DNA from: an uncultured bacterium
GTDB taxonomy: Bacteria; Hinthialibacterota; Hinthialibacteria; Hinthialibacterales; Hinthialibacteraceae
NCBI GenBank assembly: GCA_964517495.1
Contig: CAZFER010000019.1
Location: forward strand, 19,835 to 83,834
Length of the DNA stretch: 64,000 nucleotides
Direction of reading: 5' to 3'
In this document: positions 10,934-21,746 of the stretch, piece by piece
Numbering within the stretch: position 1 is the stretch's first letter
Layout: every line of letters starts with the position of its first letter
Notes under the pieces: generated by a model
Database searches by the model: none
Told to the model about the DNA's origin: nothing
Seen by the model: the letters and a program-made list of their open reading frames with translations, nothing else
Position numbers and translations under genes: made by a program

Positions 10934-10956
10934 GTGGGTCACGCTTTTCGACCCAT
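10934..10956. repeat. family D hairpin repeat (gtgggtcacgcttttcgacccat)
   Basis: Immediately after the stop of the gene at 10050..10919. A near-identical hairpin lies at 38361-38383 after the pseudopilin gene. Confidence 0.55.
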
Positions 10957-10987
10957 CGATGCACACTAACCCTACAATTCACATAAA

Positions 10988-11053
10988 AGGGAGGGCGAGG
11001 CTCCCGCCGAGCCGTTTTCAGGTACAACGGCTCATCAGAAGATTCGCCCTCCC
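10988..11053. repeat. family B repeat (gggagggcgaggctcccgccgagccg) forming a long hairpin with tcgccctcccc
   Basis: Lies between the convergent genes ending at 10919 and 11076. The 26-mer recurs at 37441-37466 with one mismatch and partially at 43397-43420. Confidence 0.55.
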
Positions 11054-11075
11054 CATTCCACAATCCAATATGCTT

Positions 11076-13898
11076 TTATCGTTGATGTAATTGCCGATAT
11101 TCACGCCGAGTGCTTATCACATAGTGCCCCCCGCCATTCAAATTCAGATTGCCATCTTGATCGATCTGATAACGTGTCTTCTTGGGATAATCAGCCAAAA
11201 ACCATCCTTTTCCAAGAGGAGCATCGAATTGAATCCCGGCAAAACTCGCTTGGGGCCTGAATGTAAGCCCATTCGGCATTTTTACAATCACCTTGGCTTT
11301 GTCCGGAACATCCAATTCCATGCGTTTATTTTGCGGTTCCCATTTTACATACACTTCACCCTTGGGTGTCATGGTATGGCCTGCCACATACGGCAATCCA
11401 TAATCATTGGGCGCGATGGTGATAATCCCACCTGCCCCTCCAGCATGATTCATCTCCCATGTAACCCCCAATAAACTGTCGTGAAACCACTGCAGGGCCA
11501 CGGCGTTCCACCCATGCGAACCGGTAGGATCACCCGGCTGAGCGGTGCACACTTCACCCACGGGTAATTCCATTTCCTGATGGGTGACAAAATACTCCGG
11601 CAATGGACCACCAAGCGGTCCTTGTAATTTCAAGGGAGTGGGGTTCATTGGCGAATCGGGAAGATAGTAACTCATGCGCCATTTTAAATGGGCCACAGCC
11701 CGTTCCCCCAAACCGTGATCCGAAAGCACCTTTAATGCGCGATAAAGATAGGTTGGATTATTCCATGGAGTAATCCCCTCTGGAGCCTGGCCATTGGGTG
11801 CGGGAAAGAAAGCATCCAAAATCTCGCGGCTTTGTTCATCGCTGAACAATCCCGCTAACATAGCCGAAATCTGCGCCGCCTGGCTTTTTCCTTCTGCGCG
11901 TTCTTTATCGTTGTAATAAACATCCGCCGCATAGGTTAATCCACTTTCACGTATGGTCAAATCACGATGAAATGCCTCGATCATTTTCTGCCGGACATCC
12001 AGCCATTTGTTTGCAGTGTTTTCTTCTTTCATCCCCTTGGCCAATTCTGCCGCTTGTTGAAGGCGTTCGATCAACCAACAATGCACAATCACGCTGACAT
12101 CCTCTGATGTTTGGGGATGTTCGCCGACTCGAATATCCGCAAAAACATTGTTGGTTCGAAACAAACCGTCATCCCCCACGTTCTCCAAGAGCAAAAACAC
12201 ATATTGTTTCAAGGCTCTATACAAATCCGTGAGAATATAACGTTGTAAGGTATGATAATCACGAATACCATTCCACTGCCATTCATCATATAACATGGCG
12301 ATCCACTGCATGCCCCAATCCCAGCCTGTAATATTCACAAACGATTGCGGTGCAAAACTAAGGAACCGGCCATCCACCCGACATTCCGCCGCATGCAGCA
12401 ACGTCAACTTGCGCAGATTATGATCGTTGCACCATGCTTCGGCAATCTTGGCGCGCAGCCTGATATCCTCCAGCCATTGGCCATCCTCACGACCAGGAGT
12501 ATCGACATAAGTATCACTCATGGTGATTTCCGCATGAATCTTCGAGAGTTTTTCAATCTGCTCGATAATGGGATCACCACACTCAAAATCACCTACCCAA
12601 TCCACTGGATATTGCGATTTGACGATCCCCAACGTATTCAAAGTCAAACGGCATTCCCCACCGGCTTCCTCGGGAAACGTCACATGCACCGTTATGTAAC
12701 GAGCCGTGCGTTCATCCGGGAATTCAATCTCTTCCACGCCTTCACCGGCTGTCAAATAACGGTCGCCATAGTGTTTTCCAACTACACCTTGCGTACGAAT
12801 TTTCCCTGTCTCAGGATCAATATGCAGCGTGCCATCATAAGGCGAGACATTCAATTCACCATACCCCAACGAAACCGCCGCCCCTTTCACATCCGTTTGG
12901 CACTCAAAATAAGGATACCCATGCACGGGCTGATGGAAATCAAAGGTTAGGTATACGCTTTCGCCCGGCATCCCCTTCAAGGTCACGGCTTCCCCTTTGG
13001 GGAACAGTTGACTGGCTTTGATTAATTGGGGATCAGGTTTGTAGTCAGCATTTTCCATCTTGCCGGCAAACGCCACATCATTTTTTAAAGCCTGCAGCGA
13101 GGCTGAAAAGTCATCGCCATGGTCAACTTGACCAGCGGCGATCAAGCGTTGTACTGGAAAGGCATACTCACGCTGGGGATGAATATCAAGATCGTATTCT
13201 CGAATTGTCCAAATCGGCTCTTCAATCTCAACCGCTTGTTTCCAATCCAGCTGTGGTCTTTCCTCATAATCAGCGCTGGTTGATCCATCAACGACTTTTC
13301 TCCCATCAATGATGATTGGAAAGCGAATGCGCAAATCACCGATGACACCAATGATCTGTTGTTCATGCTGGACAAATTGAGGCGCAATCGCGGTTTGCCA
13401 GCTGGAATCGGTACTCATATACTCATTTTTTTTATTGTCATATATGTATAATCCCGCCCGGCGTTTTTCCTGCCGTTGGAAGTTTTTGATGTCTCCCCAA
13501 TTATGATGAAGAACCAAAATGACATTCTTCCCTTCCCTTAAATAAGGGCCAACATTGACATTTTCCGGCCTGACAAAATCCGGATGGTAGCGTGTTACCT
13601 TGCGCCTCAATAATTGGCCATTCACCCACAAGCGGGCATTGGCGTCCGCGGCAAAATCCAATGAAATATATTCAATGTTCAGGTTTGGTGACCGATCAAC
13701 GTTTGGATCAAGTTCAAATTCCTTGCGAAAATAAACAAAGGAATTTGTGGCATGCGGATCGACATCCGGATGCCATATCCATTTGGCGGAATGATCCTCT
13801 CCAGCGTTTGAAGCAAATGCCTGATGCAATGAAAAAGAAATAAAGAATGTTAAGAAAATCGTAAGACAAATAGAATTATTACCATGCAAATATTTCAT
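11076..13898 (-). CDS. secreted glycoside hydrolase-like protein (six-hairpin / alpha-L-rhamnosidase-like, tentative)
   Basis: 940 aa with a signal peptide. The N-terminal AKWIWHPD block resembles the GH78 N-domain. The assignment is tentative. Confidence 0.5.
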   Translation of the reverse strand: MKYLHGNNSICLTIFLTFFISFSLHQAFASNAGEDHSAKWIWHPDVDPHATNSFVYFRKEFELDPNVDRSPNLNIEYISLDFAADANARLWVNGQLLRRKVTRYHPDFVRPENVNVGPYLREGKNVILVLHHNWGDIKNFQRQEKRRAGLYIYDNKKNEYMSTDSSWQTAIAPQFVQHEQQIIGVIGDLRIRFPIIIDGRKVVDGSTSADYEERPQLDWKQAVEIEEPIWTIREYDLDIHPQREYAFPVQRLIAAGQVDHGDDFSASLQALKNDVAFAGKMENADYKPDPQLIKASQLFPKGEAVTLKGMPGESVYLTFDFHQPVHGYPYFECQTDVKGAAVSLGYGELNVSPYDGTLHIDPETGKIRTQGVVGKHYGDRYLTAGEGVEEIEFPDERTARYITVHVTFPEEAGGECRLTLNTLGIVKSQYPVDWVGDFECGDPIIEQIEKLSKIHAEITMSDTYVDTPGREDGQWLEDIRLRAKIAEAWCNDHNLRKLTLLHAAECRVDGRFLSFAPQSFVNITGWDWGMQWIAMLYDEWQWNGIRDYHTLQRYILTDLYRALKQYVFLLLENVGDDGLFRTNNVFADIRVGEHPQTSEDVSVIVHCWLIERLQQAAELAKGMKEENTANKWLDVRQKMIEAFHRDLTIRESGLTYAADVYYNDKERAEGKSQAAQISAMLAGLFSDEQSREILDAFFPAPNGQAPEGITPWNNPTYLYRALKVLSDHGLGERAVAHLKWRMSYYLPDSPMNPTPLKLQGPLGGPLPEYFVTHQEMELPVGEVCTAQPGDPTGSHGWNAVALQWFHDSLLGVTWEMNHAGGAGGIITIAPNDYGLPYVAGHTMTPKGEVYVKWEPQNKRMELDVPDKAKVIVKMPNGLTFRPQASFAGIQFDAPLGKGWFLADYPKKTRYQIDQDGNLNLNGGGHYVISTRREYRQLHQR

Positions 13899-13916
13899 TA
13901 TTATTTACTCCACCGT

Positions 13917-14237
13917 TCATTCTTCTTCCCGCACCCGTACGGCGGCTAAATATGGGAATTCCTGAAGATCATGCAGGCGAAACAGCAGATAACCTTCAGG
14001 AACGATCACCTTCTCTCTATCGGTCTCGTTATACAAAATAACATTGCATTCAATTTGGGCTAACGTCAGGCTTTTTTCTGACAGTGCACGTCCCCATATA
14101 TAAAGCCCTTTCACCAGCAGGTTACGCCCAAACAACTGAGGGTCCAGCGATAAATCCCGTTTTAGCCCAAGATCAATTCTGGGTTGATTCAGGCTTTTTA
14201 AAAACGCCACTTTTTCGTCAAAATCCGCAATCACCAT
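13917..14237 (-). CDS. hypothetical protein
   Basis: 106 aa ORF packed between two same-strand genes with 5 nt and 18 nt gaps. Confidence 0.35.
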   Translation of the reverse strand: MVIADFDEKVAFLKSLNQPRIDLGLKRDLSLDPQLFGRNLLVKGLYIWGRALSEKSLTLAQIECNVILYNETDREKVIVPEGYLLFRLHDLQEFPYLAAVRVREEE

Positions 14238-14241
14238 GTAG

Positions 14242-15846
14242 TCATTGATCCACCACGGTTAATTTGCTGATCGACACATCCCGAATGGCCATCCAGCCCC
14301 CCGCAACCGCAAAACGGAAATCAGATCCACCGTTTTCTCGATTGACAAAACGAGCATCCGGCAATGTCACTTTCTTCTTCATCCACTGGCCTTTATTCGT
14401 ACATGAAACCATTTCAGAATCTTTGTAGGCACCGCTTAAGGTGGCGTTTCGGTCGTGGGAATCGTATTGCAGGCGATGCCAATTGAAGCCCTCATCCCAG
14501 TAGGTATACTCCACTTCCAATTTTATTTCCTCGTCGAAATAATAGGGATCAGCCACTTTGAAGTAAATATACGTCATTGATAAATCAGGCGTTCGAATGC
14601 AGTTTTCTTCTCCCAAGCGGCCATTGATAACCGGCCCATCGGGCTGGCCCTTCACCAGCCAAATACCTTCAGATTCACCTTGATGGCCAAGCCTTACACG
14701 CACGGTCTGGGCGTCTTTGTATTCTTTTCCCTCATCGCTTGAGGGACGTGGCAATGGATCGGGATGTTCCAATTCGATGTTATCCACGCCACGTTCACCA
14801 CGCTTGAATTTATCCACATACTCGCCGGTTAATTCAATGTATTGCCGGCCATATTCCGTTGATTCACAAATCTCTGTGCCTTCATGCATTTCATTCCATG
14901 TTTCCAGCAACACAATGCGGGTACTGCTGTTCAACACTTTATTCCAACTGTAACGGTAATAATTCCCCTCTTCACGGTCACGAATCGGGGTGGTCCGCCC
15001 TGGCACCGCTGAATCGTTGTACCCCGGCCCAATCTGAGCCACTCGGCCAAACAGATGCGGTTTACCTAATGCCGCACCCCACTGGGTGGTGGCATCCGCC
15101 CTTGCCCTCCATGAGTTATCCTTAATGATAAAAGGCTCCACCCCATGGAAATCCTCTTTGAAATGCTCATACACATAATCAAAGGTGCTCTGATCATGGT
15201 CTTTGGCGAATCCACTTCCATAAAGCACGACCAATGGCTTGCCATCGATAGCCGCCCAATGCTTTGGATGAATCTGGTAAAAGAAATCGCGGATAGTGCG
15301 ATAAAACAGATCTTTGCCCGCAGCCGTGCGTAAATCCGGCTTGTCATTATTGCCTATCACACCGCGAATGCCGGGCAATAGCGTGGAGGTATCGTAAAAC
15401 ATGCCAATCTTTGGCGAGGGCTTTCCTTCCCGTTCACGCCGCTCAATAGCGGTTTGCAGCGGCCCAAGGCCACGAATGCTAAACACGACACCCTGCCGAA
15501 AATAATTATCCAAGGTCCCCCAATACACCGGCAAGACAAAATCAATCCCCGCTTCAGCACAATCCGCCATCTGCTTTTCATGCCATTCCACTGAATTGTA
15601 ACTCACTGTTTCGGGATTGGGAAAATGATCCTGCAGCGCGTCATCCGTATGTTCCCCATTATCATAGAAATGCTGATTGGGGTAATCATACCAATAAAAA
15701 TAATGGGTTCCCACAATCTTTTGATCTTCATCATATGAGTCAATCTCATTCAAATTCCCCTGGTGCCACACAGGGTGAAAATCCTGCGTATAGCCATTTA
15801 TTGTCAAAGCCATTGAGAGAATGAAAAAACAATTCCACCGTTTCAT
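14242..15846 (-). CDS. secreted hypothetical protein, possible TIM-barrel glycoside hydrolase
   Basis: 534 aa with a signal peptide. Contains an HYFYWYD motif reminiscent of GH99/GH71-type enzymes. Low certainty. Confidence 0.5.
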   Translation of the reverse strand: MKRWNCFFILSMALTINGYTQDFHPVWHQGNLNEIDSYDEDQKIVGTHYFYWYDYPNQHFYDNGEHTDDALQDHFPNPETVSYNSVEWHEKQMADCAEAGIDFVLPVYWGTLDNYFRQGVVFSIRGLGPLQTAIERREREGKPSPKIGMFYDTSTLLPGIRGVIGNNDKPDLRTAAGKDLFYRTIRDFFYQIHPKHWAAIDGKPLVVLYGSGFAKDHDQSTFDYVYEHFKEDFHGVEPFIIKDNSWRARADATTQWGAALGKPHLFGRVAQIGPGYNDSAVPGRTTPIRDREEGNYYRYSWNKVLNSSTRIVLLETWNEMHEGTEICESTEYGRQYIELTGEYVDKFKRGERGVDNIELEHPDPLPRPSSDEGKEYKDAQTVRVRLGHQGESEGIWLVKGQPDGPVINGRLGEENCIRTPDLSMTYIYFKVADPYYFDEEIKLEVEYTYWDEGFNWHRLQYDSHDRNATLSGAYKDSEMVSCTNKGQWMKKKVTLPDARFVNRENGGSDFRFAVAGGWMAIRDVSISKLTVVDQ

Positions 15847-15873
15847 TGGAGAAAATACCTCCTTTTTGGATAT

Positions 15874-16113
15874 CTATAGATTCATATTCCGCTTCATCCC
15901 TGAATAAATCAACAGCAATCCCACAATCGCCATCGCGATAAGATAAACCCAATCGATCCAGGGCAATGCTTCAAACATCGAATTTGAGGTCCGCACAACA
16001 TTAGAGGTTGAATGATCGCTGACCGCGATAAAAAGCAGCGTATGATGCAGGAAGGGAATCAACATCCCCAAAAACCAGGCAGCCAGGCCTAATCCAATAC
16101 GAGTGTGGTTCAT
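15874..16113 (-). CDS. small membrane protein (two predicted TM helices)
   Basis: 79 aa with hydrophobic segments. It is intergenic between two minus-strand genes. Confidence 0.3.
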   Translation of the reverse strand: MNHTRIGLGLAAWFLGMLIPFLHHTLLFIAVSDHSTSNVVRTSNSMFEALPWIDWVYLIAMAIVGLLLIYSGMKRNMNL

Positions 16114-16170
16114 GATAAGGTTCCTTTATTGTGTGATAAAATATATGAACCAATGATAATGAATTTCCTA

Positions 16171-17559
16171 TCACAAATCCACATACTCACCCCGTGTGGG
16201 AACCTTTACTGAATTTATCCCTTTGGAATACAGCCTCCGGGCCATTGCCTCGCTCTGGTCGGTTTCACCGTGAACCAGGAAGAGGTTCTTCAACGTGTTT
16301 TTTGAAGCCAAGGCATATGCATCCAAATCATTCATATCGGCATGCCCACTGTAGGCATTGATAATCCGCACTTCAGCGTCCAGGGAATGCTCAAGCCCAA
16401 AAATACGCACCGTGGGATGGCGTTCAACAATCTTACGTCCCAATGTATGCTGCGCCTGAAAACCAACGATCAAAACAATGTTATCAGGCTCCCCGATGTT
16501 ATTGCGCAAATGATGAAGAATTCGCCCCCCCTCGCACATGCCGGATGCGGAAATAATCACCATCGGCCCTTCCTGATCATTGAGCGCCTGTGAATCTTCC
16601 TTCGTGCGAGTCAATTCCAAACTGGGAAACTCAAACGGATCCTCACGCTGTTCATACAATGCCTGGATTTCCTCATCAAAACATTCGGGATGCAAGCGGA
16701 AAATCTCGGTGATTTTAATGGTCAATGGGCTGTCAATAATCACCTGGATGGGTGGGATTTTGTTCTGCTTCAGCAATTTGCCAAGGCTATATACTATTTC
16801 CTGCGATCGCTCAAGCGCAAACGACGGGATAATCAGTTTGCTTTTGCGCTCCACCACCACATTAATCGCTTCTGCCATATGCGCATCGGCCACCTCGATA
16901 GGATCATGAGTGCGATTCCCATAAGTGCTTTCCATGATCATAAACTCCGCATCATCAACAACAACTGGATCACGCAGAATAGGCAAATGCTTACGCCCAA
17001 GATCACCCGTAAAAACCAGGCGTTTTTTCTCACCATTTTCGTTGACATCCAACACAACCACCGCCGAGCCAAGCACATGGCCCGCATCATAAAAGGTAAG
17101 CGTGACTCCCCCCGTTAAACGATAGGCTCGCTCATAATTGATGGCGATGAACTGTTTGAGCGATTTTTCCACATCATCAAACGTATAGATCGGTGAGATA
17201 AATTGCTCCGGTTTGGAAGCGATCTTTTTATTGTAAAATTCAGCATCTTTTTGCTGGATATGAGCACTGTCCATCAGCATCACTGCACAAAGGTCACGAG
17301 TGGCGAGTGTACAAATAATGTCACCATCATACCCTTTACACAATGAAGGGATATTACCACTATGGTCAATGTGGGCATGAGATAACACCATCACATCCAC
17401 ATTTTGGGGCGCAAATGGCAGGTTGCGATTCAAACGGTTGGATTCCTCGCGCCGCCCTTGATAAAGTCCACAATCAAGCAGAATCCGCTTCCCATTGACT
17501 TCGATCAAATGCATTGAACCGGTTACCCCGCCAGCGGCCCCTAAAAAATGTATTCTCAT
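16171..17559 (-). CDS. MBL-fold metallo-hydrolase, beta-CASP RNA-processing ribonuclease
   Basis: 462 aa. HAHIDHSGNIP metallo-beta-lactamase motif plus a beta-CASP C-terminal region. Confidence 0.8.
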   Translation of the reverse strand: MRIHFLGAAGGVTGSMHLIEVNGKRILLDCGLYQGRREESNRLNRNLPFAPQNVDVMVLSHAHIDHSGNIPSLCKGYDGDIICTLATRDLCAVMLMDSAHIQQKDAEFYNKKIASKPEQFISPIYTFDDVEKSLKQFIAINYERAYRLTGGVTLTFYDAGHVLGSAVVVLDVNENGEKKRLVFTGDLGRKHLPILRDPVVVDDAEFMIMESTYGNRTHDPIEVADAHMAEAINVVVERKSKLIIPSFALERSQEIVYSLGKLLKQNKIPPIQVIIDSPLTIKITEIFRLHPECFDEEIQALYEQREDPFEFPSLELTRTKEDSQALNDQEGPMVIISASGMCEGGRILHHLRNNIGEPDNIVLIVGFQAQHTLGRKIVERHPTVRIFGLEHSLDAEVRIINAYSGHADMNDLDAYALASKNTLKNLFLVHGETDQSEAMARRLYSKGINSVKVPTRGEYVDL

Positions 17560-17599
17560 GCTGTTCTCCTGTTTTTTGTTATTGATTTCAATGAGGGAT

Positions 17600-18205
17600 T
17601 TATGCTAACACGCAGAGCGCCGATTCCGCCAGCAAATTGGGCATAATTTTGACGATTCGCCCTTTGGTCATAAATATTTTCTGCACAATTTGATGATTCT
17701 CTTTGTCGCAGAAACGATAAAAATCCTTTATGGAAAGAAATTGGATGTTCGGGCCATCATACCAATCAAAGGGCAAGGCCTCTGTTATAGGCGCTCTTCC
17801 AAAGAAAAACAATTGGCAGCGTGATTTCCAATACCCAAAATTGGGAAAACTGACTATCCCCCTGCGCCCTACACGCAACATCTCTGCTATGACCAACTTG
17901 GGTTTACGCACTTCCTGCAGTGTTTCGCTTAGAATTACATAATCGAAGGTTTTATCGGGAAAGTCTTCCAGACCTTCATCAATATCGCCATGATAGGCGG
18001 TCAGGCCTTTGCTGATACATTCATAGACTTTGTCGTCTGATACTTCGACTCCTGTGCATTGGGCTTTCTTGCGTTCCTGTAACTTCTTTAACAGATCCCC
18101 TTCCCCACATCCTAAATCCAGTACTTTACTCCCCTCTTCCACTATTTGACAAATAAGCTCATGTTCCAGGTGTTCGCTTTGGGATGGAGAAGCATTAGAT
18201 GGCAT
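17600..18205 (-). CDS. metW: methionine biosynthesis protein MetW
   Basis: The ORF track extends to 18334 into metX. The internal ATG ([12 protein letters not shown]...) overlaps the metX stop by ~11 nt. MetW methyltransferase-like block present ([15 protein letters not shown] ... [11 protein letters not shown]). Confidence 0.8.
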   Translation of the reverse strand: MPSNASPSQSEHLEHELICQIVEEGSKVLDLGCGEGDLLKKLQERKKAQCTGVEVSDDKVYECISKGLTAYHGDIDEGLEDFPDKTFDYVILSETLQEVRKPKLVIAEMLRVGRRGIVSFPNFGYWKSRCQLFFFGRAPITEALPFDWYDGPNIQFLSIKDFYRFCDKENHQIVQKIFMTKGRIVKIMPNLLAESALCVLA

Positions 18206-19397
18206 ATGACAACGGTTCCTCCGAAAGATTGGCCAGGAAATCCCGAATAATACGAGTCTGTTGCTCGTTTTCCAATAAAAACGAATCATGGCCATAGTCA
18301 GACTGCAACTCGCAGTAACTGACTGTTTTTCCATTCTGTTTCAATGCTTTTACTATTTCACGGGACTGATAGGGGGCATATAACCAATCACTGCTAAATG
18401 CAATGACTAAATATTTGGCTTTCACGTGCTTTAGTGCCTGGGTGAGTGAATTGTGCCCCTCTGACAAGTCAAAGTAATCAAGAGCCTTGGAAATATAAAG
18501 ATAACTGTTGGCATCAAACCGCTGAGTAAACGCAGCTCCCTGATATTGCAGATAACTTTCCACTTGAAAATCGGTCAAAAGGTTAAAACTGACTTTCTTC
18601 CGATCCTGCAACCGCCTTCCAAATTTTTCATGCATGGCATGGTCACTTAGATAACTGATATGTCCAATCATGCGGGCAACCGCCAATCCGCGCGATGGAG
18701 GCTCTGAATCGTAATAATCACCATTGTTCCAATTGGGATCAGCAATAATCGCCTGGCGCCCGGCTTCATTCAACGCAATGTTTTGGGCAGAATGAATAGC
18801 CGTCGTGGCAATGGGCAAAGCGGAAACCACCGATTCAGGATAGGAAACCGTCCACTGCAGCGCCTGCATCCCCCCCATCGAACCACCAGCCACACATAGC
18901 AAACGCTTGATGCCTAAATAATCGATCAATCCCTTTTGCGCATTCACCATATCCCGAATGGTTATAAACGGAAAATCCAGTCCATACGGTTTTTTTGTAT
19001 CCGGATTGATGGATGAAGGTCCTGTCGAACCACGGCAGCCCCCAATACAGTTTGAACAGATTACAAAATAACGGTTGGTATCAAATGCTTTTCCCGGGCC
19101 GATGAAGTTGTCCCACCAGCCCGGTTTTTTATCATTTGGAGTGTAATAGCCTGCTGCATGATGATCTCCCGACAGGGCATGCAGAATTAAAATGGCATTA
19201 TCTTTCTCTGGCGAAAGCGTGCCATATGTTTCATACGCCAACCGAACAGGCCCCAACTTACGCCCACAATCCAATTGCAATTCATTGGGCGGCACAAACA
19301 ATGTGACGAATTGCTCTGAAACAATACCGACAGAGCCTTTTTCAGAATTCTGCTTACTAACTTTTTTATCAAGTTCGTCCGTTTTTTCCATAATCAC
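18195..19397 (-). CDS. metX: homoserine O-acetyltransferase MetX
   Basis: 400 aa alpha/beta hydrolase with MetX motifs ([43 protein letters not shown]). Confidence 0.9.
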   Translation of the reverse strand: MIMEKTDELDKKVSKQNSEKGSVGIVSEQFVTLFVPPNELQLDCGRKLGPVRLAYETYGTLSPEKDNAILILHALSGDHHAAGYYTPNDKKPGWWDNFIGPGKAFDTNRYFVICSNCIGGCRGSTGPSSINPDTKKPYGLDFPFITIRDMVNAQKGLIDYLGIKRLLCVAGGSMGGMQALQWTVSYPESVVSALPIATTAIHSAQNIALNEAGRQAIIADPNWNNGDYYDSEPPSRGLAVARMIGHISYLSDHAMHEKFGRRLQDRKKVSFNLLTDFQVESYLQYQGAAFTQRFDANSYLYISKALDYFDLSEGHNSLTQALKHVKAKYLVIAFSSDWLYAPYQSREIVKALKQNGKTVSYCELQSDYGHDSFLLENEQQTRIIRDFLANLSEEPLSYAI

Positions 19398-19400
19398 TCA

Positions 19401-20720
<1,320 letters not shown>

Positions 20721-20951
20721 CTAAATAATTTAGGATCGTCGCGCATCGACTGCAGCCATCAGCAAAGGCGTTGTGGAAGATAGAAAATAGTTGATTTTTC
20801 GAGGTTAGAAAAGGTCTGAGCCAAGCTTCCCACAAGATATCTACATTTTATATAGATATTGCGAATCAAGGAAGCTCAACAAACAGGGGGAGAATTATAT
20901 TTAAGCTAAACAACTTTTTTTCTTTAAATACGGTGCTAAGTTCTTTTATGT

Positions 20952-21140
20952 CTAAAATCTTATTTTAAGCCCTGCTTGTTTACAAATTTCATTAACTGTT
21001 ATTCGGTCAAAAAGCTTGTAACGTTTCACTGGAAGAATCATTTTCCCATTGGAATAAAATGAATGATTCCCTCCTTCACGCAACAAATAAAAACCATTCT
21101 TTTCCAAATGTTTGACAAGTTCTCGGCGCTTTACAGACAA
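20952..21140 (-). CDS. hicA: type II toxin-antitoxin system HicA family toxin
   Basis: 62 aa with a TTG start. KHLEKNGFYLLREGGNHSFYSNGKM...ICKQAGL matches the HicA mRNA-interferase fold. Confidence 0.7.
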   Translation of the reverse strand: MSVKRRELVKHLEKNGFYLLREGGNHSFYSNGKMILPVKRYKLFDRITVNEICKQAGLKIRF

Positions 21141-21145
21141 GTTTT

Positions 21146-21371
21146 CTAATCCTCAAGTATTACAGGAATTGGTTCATATAACGATCCACCTGGAGGTATT
21201 TCTTTTCCAATATCCCTATAAGCAAGTATCATTTCATGAAGCGCATCTTGCACCCCGGCATTCTTCCAACGAGGAACCTTCCGTTATGACCTCTGGCCAT
21301 TCAACGAGTTGTCCCATGTATCCCCTGGAAATTTTCGTATATTTAGCCGTATACGTGTAAGATCGATCCAT
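21146..21371 (-). pseudogene. hicB: HicB family antitoxin, disrupted by a single-nucleotide frameshift in a C4/G4 run
   Basis: Frame 1 reads MDRSYTYTAKYTKISRGYMGQLVEWPEVITEGSSLEECRG and then stops. Frame 2 continues QDALHEMILAYRDIGKEIPPGGSLYEPIPVILED*. Together they give a ~74 aa HicB-like protein. The shift is at about 21253-21256. The gene ends 5 nt before hicA. Confidence 0.5.
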
Positions 21372-21746
21372 AAGTACACCTTGTATCCTGTCTTTTATCA
21401 CCATAAATCGCCCTTGATTACAAAAGAAAGGAAATATATCTGAATTTTTAGTTTATTTGAAAGACAAGTTATTACACCATATAATATTATTTCCAGAGTA
21501 TAGGAATAAAAGTGGATAACATGATTAAGCAGAAACAATCTAAATTAAGGAAGAGATGTGATCAATGGTTTGATGAAACCAGCAAGGTAGAGGTTTTCTG
21601 GACACATTTGAAGTGATTGCCTTAATCAATAAATCAGAACACTCCCACTAAGGTACACTTCCAACATCACACAAATCCCTATAAATTGAAAGAATCACTA
21701 AATGATAATAGTCTATTAGAATATCTAACAGAAAGAGGAATATAAA

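Noticed and set aside
12345-12950. 201 aa plus-strand ORF
   Set aside because: Antisense inside the 940 aa glycoside-hydrolase-like gene. No ribosome-binding site and no recognisable domain.
16690-17118. 142 aa plus-strand ORF
   Set aside because: Antisense to the beta-CASP ribonuclease gene.
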